Part shown: positions 8,352 through 16,565 of the stretch, in pieces
How positions within the stretch are numbered: position 1 is the stretch's first letter
Layout of the letters: each line of letters begins with the position of its first letter
Assembly (NCBI GenBank): GCA_964349365.1
Contig: CAYGFY010000004.1
Coordinates: forward strand, 24,115 to 88,114
From: an uncultured Bacteroidales bacterium
GTDB lineage: Bacteria > Bacteroidota > Bacteroidia > Bacteroidales > UBA7960
DNA: 64,000 nucleotides
Direction: 5' to 3'
Program-made: the position numbers and the translations under genes
Notes under the pieces: generated by a model
Seen by the model: only the letters and a program-made list of their open reading frames with translations
Told to the model about the DNA's origin: nothing
Databases searched by the model: none

Positions 8352-10628
8352 TTACCCTTTTGCTTGCTTTCTTTGAGCGTCGATTACGGCTATGGAAACC
8401 ATATTAACGATTTCGGAAACCGAGCTACCCATTTGCAACACGTGAACCGATTTGTCGAAGCCGCTTATTATGGGGCCAATAACTTCTTCCTTGGCCATTT
8501 CTTGCATCATCTTGTAGGCAATGTTTGCCGCAGATAAATTGGGAAATATGAAGGTATTGGCCGGAGCGCCTACCAGTTTTGAAAACGGAAAAAGCTCTTC
8601 CATTAGATTTGCATTAATAGCAATATTCATCTGCATCTCGCCGTCAACAATCATTTGCGGGTGTTGCTCGTGCAAAATCCTGACTGCTTCCCGCACTTTT
8701 TCTGGCCCCTCGCCTGCAGCAGAGCCAAAGTTTGAATACGCCAGCAATGCAACTCGCGGAACCACCTTGAATTGCTGAACCATCCTGCAAGTTTGCAGCG
8801 TGATTTCCACCAATTCTTCAACGGTGGGATATCTGTTCACGGTGCAATCGGCAAAAAAGCAAGGACCAATTTTAGTGTTAATTATGTACATGCCCGAAAC
8901 AATACTTGTGCCCTTTTCCTTTCCTATTGCCATTAGAGCTGGCCTAATCGTACTTGGGTAGTTGCTCCTCAAGCCGGCAATCATTGCATCGGCCATTCCA
9001 CTCCTTACCATGAGGGGAGCGAAGTAATTCCTTTCGGCGACTACCTCTCGCGCAGCCTTGTATGTCATTCCCTTGCGCTTGCGCCTTTCGTAAAGGATAT
9101 CTGCAAACTCTTTTCGCAAATCGGAGAGCTTAGGGTCGCGAGGGTCAATAATTTCAATCCCATCAAGTTCAAGTTCGTGCTCCTTTATTACTGCTTCTAC
9201 CTTATCTTTTCTTCCCAATAAAATTGGTATTGCAAGATTTTCGTTGTGAACTATTTCGGCAGCCTTGACAATCCTGTAATCTTCGGCATCGGTCATTACT
9301 ACCCTTTTGGGGTCATGCTTTGCCCGGGTTTTAATTTGCCTGATAAGGGGGCTTCCGATTTTTAGCCGTTTGCGCAGTTCTTCAAGGTAGGCATCCCAAT
9401 CTGTAATTGGCTTTCGGGCTACACCTGTGGCCATTGCAGCCTTGGCAACCGCCGGCGCCAACCATTCAATGAGCCTTGGGTCGGTGGGCTTTGGAATAAT
9501 GTACTCCTTGCCAAAGTGAAGGTTGTTGACGTTGAAGGCAATGTTAACCTCTTCTGGAACTGGTTGCTTGGTAAGTTCTGCCAGTGCGAATGAGGCAGCG
9601 AGCTTCATCTCGTCGTTAATTTCGCTTGCACGCACATCAAGTGCGCCCCTGAAGATGAATGGAAATCCCAAAACGTTGTTTATTTGATTTGGAAAGTCAG
9701 AACGCCCTGTACCCATTATGATATCATCTCTGGTGGAGGTTGCAACATCGTATCCGATTTCGGGCACGGGATTGGCAAGGGCAAACACTATAGGATCTTT
9801 TGCCATACCCAATAGCATCTCTTTTTGCACCACCCCTGCAACGCTCAAGCCTAAAAACACATCTGCACCCACCATTGCTTCGGTCAAGGTCATATCGGGT
9901 ACGTCGAGCGCGAATTTTTGCTTGGCCTTGTTAAGGTCGGTTCTATTTTTGTTCAAGATGCCCTTGCTGTCGAACATTATGATGTTCTCTGGTTTTGCGC
10001 CGAGTTTTATGTAAATATCAGTACACGATATTGCCGAGGCACCAGCACCATTGACCACTATCTTTACGTCTTCGATTTTCTTTCGGTTAATTTCCAGTGC
10101 GTTGAGCAAGCCTGCGGCGGTAATAATTGCCGTGCCGTGCTGGTCATCGTGCATTACAGGTATGTCGAGTTCGGCTTTTAGCCTGTCTTCTATTTCGAAA
10201 CATTCGGGAGCCTTAATATCCTCGAGGTTAATGCCTCCAAAAGTGGGTGCAATTGCCTTGATGCACTCTACCAGTTTGTCGGGGTCTTTTTCATTAATTT
10301 CAATATCGAAAACATCAATGTCGGCAAAAACCTTGAATAGCAGCCCCTTTCCTTCCATGACAGGTTTTCCGGCTTCGGGGCCAATGTCGCCGAGGCCCAG
10401 AACAGCGGTTCCGTTGGAAATGACCGCAACCAGGTTACCCTTCATTGTATATTTGTAAACATCTGCAGGGTTATCCTTGATTGCCAGGCACGGGTCGGCA
10501 ACGCCTGGAGAATAAGCCAGCGACAAGTCGCGCTGAGTGGAATAAGGTTTGGTTGGAACGACTTCCAGCTTTCCGGGCCTACCCAGTGCGTGGTAGTTGA
10601 AAGCATCTTTCGTGAATAGCTTGTCCAT
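8352..10628 (-). CDS. maeB: NADP-dependent malic enzyme (malic enzyme plus a phosphotransacetylase-like C-terminal domain)
   Basis: About 758 aa starting from MDKLFTKDAFNYHALGRPGKLEVVPTKP. The motifs SPGVA, VISNGTAVLGLGDIGP and FGGINLEDI match the malic enzyme core. The C-terminal half is PTA-like. The start is set at ATG 10628. Confidence 0.93.
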   Translation of the reverse strand: MDKLFTKDAFNYHALGRPGKLEVVPTKPYSTQRDLSLAYSPGVADPCLAIKDNPADVYKYTMKGNLVAVISNGTAVLGLGDIGPEAGKPVMEGKGLLFKVFADIDVFDIEINEKDPDKLVECIKAIAPTFGGINLEDIKAPECFEIEDRLKAELDIPVMHDDQHGTAIITAAGLLNALEINRKKIEDVKIVVNGAGASAISCTDIYIKLGAKPENIIMFDSKGILNKNRTDLNKAKQKFALDVPDMTLTEAMVGADVFLGLSVAGVVQKEMLLGMAKDPIVFALANPVPEIGYDVATSTRDDIIMGTGRSDFPNQINNVLGFPFIFRGALDVRASEINDEMKLAASFALAELTKQPVPEEVNIAFNVNNLHFGKEYIIPKPTDPRLIEWLAPAVAKAAMATGVARKPITDWDAYLEELRKRLKIGSPLIRQIKTRAKHDPKRVVMTDAEDYRIVKAAEIVHNENLAIPILLGRKDKVEAVIKEHELELDGIEIIDPRDPKLSDLRKEFADILYERRKRKGMTYKAAREVVAERNYFAPLMVRSGMADAMIAGLRSNYPSTIRPALMAIGKEKGTSIVSGMYIINTKIGPCFFADCTVNRYPTVEELVEITLQTCRMVQQFKVVPRVALLAYSNFGSAAGEGPEKVREAVRILHEQHPQMIVDGEMQMNIAINANLMEELFPFSKLVGAPANTFIFPNLSAANIAYKMMQEMAKEEVIGPIISGFDKSVHVLQMGSSVSEIVNMVSIAVIDAQRKQAKG

Positions 10629-10984
10629 GGTCTTTTGTTTTTTTGGTGGGGGATGATTTTGGGGACAATCAAAGGTAAATATTTTTATTGCAAAAACGGG
10701 CAGCAAAAACAACAAAAAACATGTAATGCCCTAACAAAAGGACAATTTTTTCGTTTATCCAAAAAACCGGAAAAACAACCAGGAAAAATATTTTGGAAAT
10801 GGTTAAAAAAGTTGGTGAAGTTTGAAGTCTTTAATCTATTTCTGGCGTTAGAATAAAACAAGAAAAACTCATTTACTTTTTTCAGCAAATTGCCTGGTTG
10901 TTAAATAAAAATGCCCAACCATTGCCAACATACAAAACAACCCAATGCCAATAACCATCCGTTGGACTCAAACGTGGATTTTGT

Positions 10985-11006
10985 AGAGAGAACGAGAGAG
11001 AGAGAG
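10985..11006. repeat. Short (GA)n microsatellite in intergenic DNA
   Basis: The sequence agagagaacgagagagagagag is read directly. It is non-coding. Confidence 0.6.
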
Positions 11007-11138
11007 CAGACCTCTAATGGGTGTGGCACGAACAGAAAAATTCTACCCTTTTTGCCGCAAAACGAAAAGCCCCCTTGATTACCGGTTTTTTCAGCAATAG
11101 TCAATTATTACTTTTAAAACAAAAAACCGATTTAACTC

Positions 11139-11197
11139 AAAATACGCGTTAGGGAAAAAAGTGTATTTTTACGCGTTAAAATCCTAATGCGTATTTT
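11139..11197. repeat. 15-bp inverted repeat (one mismatch) flanking a third half-site, just upstream of the lipoprotein gene
   Basis: AAAATACGCGTTAGG ... (gtatttTTACGCGTTAAAat) ... CCTAATGCGTATTTT. It ends 6 nt before the ATG at 11204 and 32 nt before the ATG at 11230. Confidence 0.5.
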
Positions 11198-11229
11198 GGG
11201 CTTATGAAAAAAACAAGGACCCTCAGCCG

Positions 11230-11706
11230 ATGTTTGCAGTTGCAATTATTATTGTTATGTCGAGCTGTGCAACTATTGTAAGCAAGAGCACCTATCCTGT
11301 AAAAATTAATTCCAATCCAAGAAATGCAAGGATAAGTATAACCGACAAAAAAGGATTGGAAACCTACACGGGTACCACCCCCTTAACCGTTTTTTTAAAA
11401 GCAAGTGCCGGTTATTTTTCGAGAGCCAGATACCAATTGAGAATTTCAAGCCCGGGTTACGAGGATAGAACAGTTTTTATTGAATCATCGCTTGATGGTT
11501 TGTATTTTGGAAATATTCTGCTGGAAGCTTTGCCAGTTTTGCTGATTTTTGACCCTGCAAGTGGTGCAATGTTTAAAATTGAGGAGACACATGTTAATGT
11601 AACCCTGCGAAGCGCAACATCCTCGTTGGAGCAAGAGCTAAATATTCTGGACATAAATGATGTTCCAGAGAATTTGAAAGACAAACTTGTAGAGATAACT
11701 GATTGA
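11230..11706 (+). CDS. PEGA-domain-like lipoprotein (hypothetical)
   Basis: Lipobox-like IIIVMSSC at the N-terminus. A PEGA-like pattern follows: PVKINSNPRNARISITDKKGLETYTGTTPLTVFL ... GYEDRTVFI. The start is uncertain (see findings). Confidence 0.6.
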   Translation: MFAVAIIIVMSSCATIVSKSTYPVKINSNPRNARISITDKKGLETYTGTTPLTVFLKASAGYFSRARYQLRISSPGYEDRTVFIESSLDGLYFGNILLEALPVLLIFDPASGAMFKIEETHVNVTLRSATSSLEQELNILDINDVPENLKDKLVEITD

Positions 11707-11731
11707 TTAATCAACACTTAGGAATTTGGGA

Positions 11732-11771
11732 AATGGGTGGGGTGCAACTGCACTTCGCCCATTGCTTTTTG
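11732..11771. terminator. Hairpin between convergent genes (lipoprotein gene and pepD), T-tract on the plus strand
   Basis: AATGGGtggg-GTGCA-ac-TGCAC-ttcg-CCCATT followed by gCTTTTTg. Confidence 0.55.
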
Positions 11772-11787
11772 ATTATTTGACAGTAGT

Positions 11788-13248
11788 TTATTCTACCGGT
11801 GCATTCTCAAGAGTGGCAACCAAGTAATCCCAGAAAAGTTTCACGGTTTTGATGTTTACCTTTTCGTCGGGGCTGTGGGGGTTGCGTATGGTTGGGCCGA
11901 AGGAAACCATATCGAGACCGGGGTATGCCCCTGCAAGTATTCCGCACTCCAAGCCAGCGTGAATAACCTTTTGTTCTGGCACCTTGCCGTACTTATCTAG
12001 GTAAACTTGGCTCGTTGTTTTGAGAATTGGAGAGTTCAGGTTTGGTTTCCAGCCCGGGTAAGAACCAGAAGTTTCAACCTTGGCACCCGCAAGCTCGAAT
12101 ACTGCCCGTAGCATGTTGGCAAGGTCGTCCTTTGCCGAATCAACCGAACTGCGAGATAAGCAGGCAACTTCAATTTTTCCGTTGCCAGATTTGACAATTG
12201 CCAGATTGGTGCTTGTTTCGACCACCTCTGGCATGTCACTAATCATACGCATGGCACCATTGGGGCATGCATAAAGTGTGTCGAATAGTTTTTTGGAAAT
12301 TTCCCTTTCAATAATGTAATCTGGAATGTCGGTTTTCGAAAGTATTACTTTCAATCCAGGATCGGCCTCGCCAAGTTCTTTTGAAATTATGGCTTGGTAG
12401 CTGGCAACCAATTTCTCGAGATCGCCTGAATTAGATTCGGGAATTGCAAACACAGCAGAAGACTCACGAGGTATGGCATTGCGAAGGCTTCCTCCATCAA
12501 TTAATGAAAGTTCAAGACCAAGGTTACGGGCAGCATCCCATAAAATGCGGTTAAGTATCTTGTTGGCATTTCCGCGGCCAAGGTTTATGTCCAGGCCAGA
12601 GTGGCCTCCCTTCAGGCCTTTTACCTCAAGCTTGTAAGCAACGTGGCCTGACGGCACTTTTTGTTCTCGATAACTGAATGTCGCCAGGGTGTCAACACCT
12701 CCTGCACAACCAATGTAAAGTTCGCCCTCGTCTTCGGAGTCGAGGTTAATCAAAATCTTGCCGTTGAGCAAGCCAGGTTTAAGCTCGAAGGCCCCTGTCA
12801 TACCTGTTTCTTCATCAATAGTTAAAAGCACTTCCAAGGGGCCGTGCTTCAGAGTTTTATCTTGCAAAACTGCCAGTGCGGCAGCAGCACCGATACCGTT
12901 GTCGGCACCTAGAGTAGTGCCATTTGCCCTAACCCACTCGCCATCAATTATTGGGGTAATGGGGTCGGTTTTGAAATCGTGCACCGTGTCATTATTCTTT
13001 TGCGGAACCATATCGAGGTGTCCTTGAAGAATTATACCAGTGCGGTTTTCCATACCTGGCGTGGCCGGTTTGCGAATAATAACGTTGCCCACGTGGTCAA
13101 CGATGGTTTGCAAGCCAAGGCTCTCGCCGAAGTTCTTGGCAAACTCAATGATCTTTTCCTCTTTCTTTGATGGATGTGGAATTTGACAAATGTCTTCGAA
13201 AATTGCCCAAAGTTCTTTGGGTTCAAGGTTACTTAGTACTCTGCTCAT
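11788..13248 (-). CDS. pepD: Aminoacyl-histidine (Xaa-His) dipeptidase, M20 family
   Basis: A 486 aa protein with the PepD-typical N-terminus LEPKELWAIFEDICQIPHPSKKEEKI, plus GHLDMVPQKN and GADNGIG motifs. Confidence 0.9.
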   Translation of the reverse strand: MSRVLSNLEPKELWAIFEDICQIPHPSKKEEKIIEFAKNFGESLGLQTIVDHVGNVIIRKPATPGMENRTGIILQGHLDMVPQKNNDTVHDFKTDPITPIIDGEWVRANGTTLGADNGIGAAAALAVLQDKTLKHGPLEVLLTIDEETGMTGAFELKPGLLNGKILINLDSEDEGELYIGCAGGVDTLATFSYREQKVPSGHVAYKLEVKGLKGGHSGLDINLGRGNANKILNRILWDAARNLGLELSLIDGGSLRNAIPRESSAVFAIPESNSGDLEKLVASYQAIISKELGEADPGLKVILSKTDIPDYIIEREISKKLFDTLYACPNGAMRMISDMPEVVETSTNLAIVKSGNGKIEVACLSRSSVDSAKDDLANMLRAVFELAGAKVETSGSYPGWKPNLNSPILKTTSQVYLDKYGKVPEQKVIHAGLECGILAGAYPGLDMVSFGPTIRNPHSPDEKVNIKTVKLFWDYLVATLENAPVE

Positions 13249-13485
13249 AATGGACTGGGATTTTTAGGAGCCAACCCCGTTAAGATTAGTGCCGCTGACT
13301 GGGCTGATTTACGCTTATTTTGATCAAACCTTAGGTATCTGCGTTTTTCTGCGAAATCGGCTGGAAGGCACCAAACAGGCATCTTGGAGTGGGCTCAATT
13401 GCATTTTTATTTTAAGGTAATTATTAAAACCTGGAGTACAAATTTCCGAAAAGTTTTGAAACAAAGCCATTCATGCCTAATAAGA

Positions 13486-13938
13486 CTACTTAATTATCTG
13501 CGCGTAATGGTTCTGGGTATCGACCTTTTCTATCACTTCAGTGATAACGCCTTTCTCGTCAATGACAAAAGTAGTACGATGGATACCATCGTACTGGCGG
13601 CCCATGAACTTCTTTGGGCCCCAAACGCCGTAAGCATTAATAACCACCTTGTCGGTATCGGCTATTAGCGGGAATGGAAGATCGAACTTTTCGATGAACT
13701 TCTGGTGCGATTTTTCATCGTCGGCACTAACACCAACCACTTTGTAGCCTTTAGCCAGCAGGGCATCGTAATTGTCGCGAAGACCGCAAGCCTGACTGGT
13801 GCAGCCAGGAGTGTTGTCTTTTGGGTAAAAGTAAATAACCAGTTTGCTTCCTGCAAAACCTTTTAGGGAAATAGGATTGCCATTTTGATCCTTGGCGCTG
13901 AAATCAGGGGCATTATCGCCCGGTTTTAAGTGAATCAT
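13486..13938 (-). CDS. bcp: Thioredoxin-dependent peroxiredoxin Bcp
   Basis: A 150 aa protein with YFYPKDNTPGCTSQAC (peroxidatic and resolving Cys, CxxxxC), which is typical of the Bcp/PrxQ family. Confidence 0.92.
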   Translation of the reverse strand: MIHLKPGDNAPDFSAKDQNGNPISLKGFAGSKLVIYFYPKDNTPGCTSQACGLRDNYDALLAKGYKVVGVSADDEKSHQKFIEKFDLPFPLIADTDKVVINAYGVWGPKKFMGRQYDGIHRTTFVIDEKGVITEVIEKVDTQNHYAQIIK

Positions 13939-14297
13939 TTTTTTAAAGTTTATAAAGTTTATTGTGTGTAGAGGCTACGGGGCAGAGAGGCATGAAGGTG
14001 CAACAAATTTCTACGTGTTCTAATTGATTAATTTCCAATGTCAAATCAAAAATCGAATATATACCAAATCAAGTTAGTGACGTTGATTTATCGTTACCAC
14101 CAATCAAATGATGTCAATCTTAACAATCTAATTTCTAAACACCACATGTGGCTCAATGGTTCAATTTGGCAAAAAACGCCCGTTTTTATAGTTTATGTCT
14201 TTGGATTGGCCCCAGCAACAGCACAATATGACTTCGTAAACTCGTCTATTCAAAAAAAAACTTACTTTTGCCTGTTCCAAAACCAATAACGGCCAAT

Positions 14298-14918
14298 ATG
14301 TTACTGAAGATTTATCCCGAAAACCCGAACCAGCGTTACGTCCAGCAAGTTATCGAATGCCTGCAAGATGGTGGCATAATCATATATCCCACCGATACCA
14401 TTTATGCCATCGGGTGCGACATGTATCAACCAAAGGCGGTTGACAGGGTTGCAAGGGTAAAGGGAACCAAGGCCGACAAGGACATTTTTTCAATTATTTG
14501 CCACGACCTAAGCCACATCTCAGACCTAACGCGGCCATTTAGCACCAGCATTTACAAGGTGATGAAGAGGGCACTTCCCGGACCTTATACTTTCATTCTG
14601 AATGCAAACAGCCAGGTTCCGAAAATTTTTCAAAGCCGCCGTAAAACGGTGGGTATCAGAATTCCAGACAATTCAATAGCGCGGCTTCTGGTAACCGAGC
14701 TTGGCAACCCCCTGGTTTCAACATCGGTGCGCGACGACGACGAGATAATTGAATACACAACTGACCCCGAACTAATTTACGAAAAGTACAAAGACCTGGT
14801 TGACATTGTAATTGACGGGGGCTTCGGCGACAATCAACCATCAACAGTAATTGACTGCACCGGCGACGCCCTCGAGATAATCAGGAAGGGAAAGGGCGAC
14901 GCGGATTGGTTGTTGTAA
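14298..14918 (+). CDS. tsaC: L-threonylcarbamoyladenylate synthase (YrdC/TsaC domain)
   Basis: YrdC signature IIIYPTDTIYAIGCD, and later KGTKADKDIFSIICHD and RIPDNSIARLL. The start is set at ATG 14298 (MLLKIYPENPN). Confidence 0.82.
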   Translation: MLLKIYPENPNQRYVQQVIECLQDGGIIIYPTDTIYAIGCDMYQPKAVDRVARVKGTKADKDIFSIICHDLSHISDLTRPFSTSIYKVMKRALPGPYTFILNANSQVPKIFQSRRKTVGIRIPDNSIARLLVTELGNPLVSTSVRDDDEIIEYTTDPELIYEKYKDLVDIVIDGGFGDNQPSTVIDCTGDALEIIRKGKGDADWLL

Positions 14919-15434
14919 TAAATCAATATTTTAAAAAGCGTCAGTGCGTCTCAAGCCATTTTCGATTGCAACCGAGTGGCGATGTTTCTTGACATAATGA
15001 AATATTTTGAAACGGCTGCACGCAGATTCGACATGCCTAATTCATTTCTCTTGTAAAATTCTTCCTTGAAAAAAGATTACGAAAAGTTGCCCCACATCAG
15101 GGCAGTTAAAATGACCTGCCGAGTGGGAATACAATGAATGCAGGCGGCCTTATATTCAGAATAACAAGGTTTTGAATACATTTTGAACCCGGCAGAAGGA
15201 CTTGTAAAGTGGCAACTAACAGGCCACAGGGTTTTAACCAGTACCAAATAAATACTTCATGGCCAGTGTGAGTAAACCTTAAGGTGAGAGTCGTCGGGGG
15301 GAAAATCAGATTTTTTCGATAATTTGACCTTGATTGCACGCTTCGAATCTTTTATTGCAAGTTTTTTATAATTTTAGCAAGGTAAATCGACCTGTTTTTT
15401 TATTACAAATACTTAAACAAAATCATTTAACAGC

Positions 15435-15827
15435 ATGAAAATATCGCACATTGAACAGGTATTCTTTGTAGCGGACCTAACGCGTTGTAGGGATTTTTAC
15501 AAATCATTGTTTCAAATAGAGCCAGTAACCGATGTGCCTGGGATGGTAGAATTTGAATTGGCGCCAAACTTCAAGCTGGGACTAATGCCCCTTGAAGGGA
15601 TAAGCCGCCTATTGGGGGCAGGCTTAATCAGTCACGGCAAAGAGGGAGTGCCGCCAAGAAGCGAATTATACCTAAGGGTTGAAGACCCCCATGAGATGTT
15701 TTCAATGGCTGTTTCGTTAGGGGCTAAAGTTTTGAGCCCCGTTCGGCAAAGAAATTGGGGAGATATCGCAGGTTACGTTGCAGACATTGAAGGCAACATT
15801 CTTGTATTTGCCAAACAAATTTCATAA
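15435..15827 (+). CDS. VOC (glyoxalase/bleomycin-resistance) family protein
   Basis: A 130 aa protein with a beta-alpha-beta-beta-beta style pattern and the C-terminal WGDIAGYVADIEGNILVFA typical of VOC proteins. Confidence 0.75.
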   Translation: MKISHIEQVFFVADLTRCRDFYKSLFQIEPVTDVPGMVEFELAPNFKLGLMPLEGISRLLGAGLISHGKEGVPPRSELYLRVEDPHEMFSMAVSLGAKVLSPVRQRNWGDIAGYVADIEGNILVFAKQIS

Positions 15828-15855
15828 ATTTGCAGCAAACCGAAAAAAGGAAATC

Positions 15856-16563
15856 ATGAGAAAGGAGCATATTTATTCAATTGCAGGTTTAACCATGTTG
15901 CTTTTTGTTTTTACCGCCTTTCAAGTGGGCGGTGGCGACAGGGAGAGGGAAAGGGCGCAAATGGTAAGGGATCAAATTAAAGCAAGGGGTGTTAGCCACG
16001 GGGCAACCTTAAGGGCCATGGGTTCAGTACCAAGACACAGGTATGTTCCTGCCGACCAACAAAGACATGCGTATGCCGACAGGCCATTGCCAATAGGTTT
16101 TGGACAAACCATTTCGCAGCCCTACATTGTTGCATTCATGACCGAAGTAATTGACCCCAAAAAGGGGCAAAAAGTTTTGGAAATCGGCACCGGCTCCGGC
16201 TACCAAGCAGCCGTGCTTGCCGAAATCGTTGACCACGTTTACACCATCGAAATCGTACCCGATTTGGGTAATAGGGCCAAAGGGGTATTGAACGAATTTT
16301 ACGATAACGTTCGGGTGAAGATTGCAGATGGATATTATGGATGGGAGGAGCACGCGCCGTTCGATGCAATTGTAGTTACCGCAGCGGCCGGAAATATTCC
16401 GCAGCCGCTCGTCAGCCAACTTAAAGATGGCGGTAAGATGATTATTCCGGTGGGCTCGCCATACATGGTGCAACAGTTAATGCTTGTTGAAAAGAAAGGC
16501 TCAAAGATCACCACCCGAAGCCTGATGCCGGTGAGGTTCGTGCCATTTACTCGCAGCGATTAG
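15856..16563 (+). CDS. pcm: Protein-L-isoaspartate O-methyltransferase, possibly with an N-terminal hydrophobic extension
   Basis: Motifs GFGQTISQPYIVAFMTE and VLEIGTGSGYQAAVLAEIV. The first ATG not overlapping the VOC gene is 15856 (MRKEHIYSIAGLTMLLFVFTAF). The alternative ATG at 15961 (MVRDQIKARG) would give a canonical 200 aa cytoplasmic enzyme. Confidence 0.88.
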   Translation: MRKEHIYSIAGLTMLLFVFTAFQVGGGDRERERAQMVRDQIKARGVSHGATLRAMGSVPRHRYVPADQQRHAYADRPLPIGFGQTISQPYIVAFMTEVIDPKKGQKVLEIGTGSGYQAAVLAEIVDHVYTIEIVPDLGNRAKGVLNEFYDNVRVKIADGYYGWEEHAPFDAIVVTAAAGNIPQPLVSQLKDGGKMIIPVGSPYMVQQLMLVEKKGSKITTRSLMPVRFVPFTRSD

Positions 16564-16565
16564 CC

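Noticed and set aside
10635-11104. Three 67-76 aa ORFs in the maeB upstream region
   Set aside because: They overlap one another on both strands in A/T-rich, low-complexity DNA that contains a GA microsatellite. Their translations (for example ...FCCFCCPFLQ) are not protein-like.
14038-14289. 83 aa ORF in the bcp/tsaC divergent promoter region
   Set aside because: It lies in A/T-rich promoter DNA, its translation has an implausible composition, and it overlaps the 5' extension of the tsaC ORF.
14919-15434. 516 bp ORF-free spacer after tsaC. I checked it for tRNA, tmRNA, RNase P, SRP RNA and common riboswitch cores.
   Set aside because: I found none of the conserved signatures: no GGTTCGAATCC-type T-arm, no GAGGAAAGTCCGG, no GGAAGCAGCC and no B12 box. 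The 77 aa minus-strand ORF (15106..15339) looks spurious. An uncharacterised sRNA cannot be excluded without a covariance-model scan.
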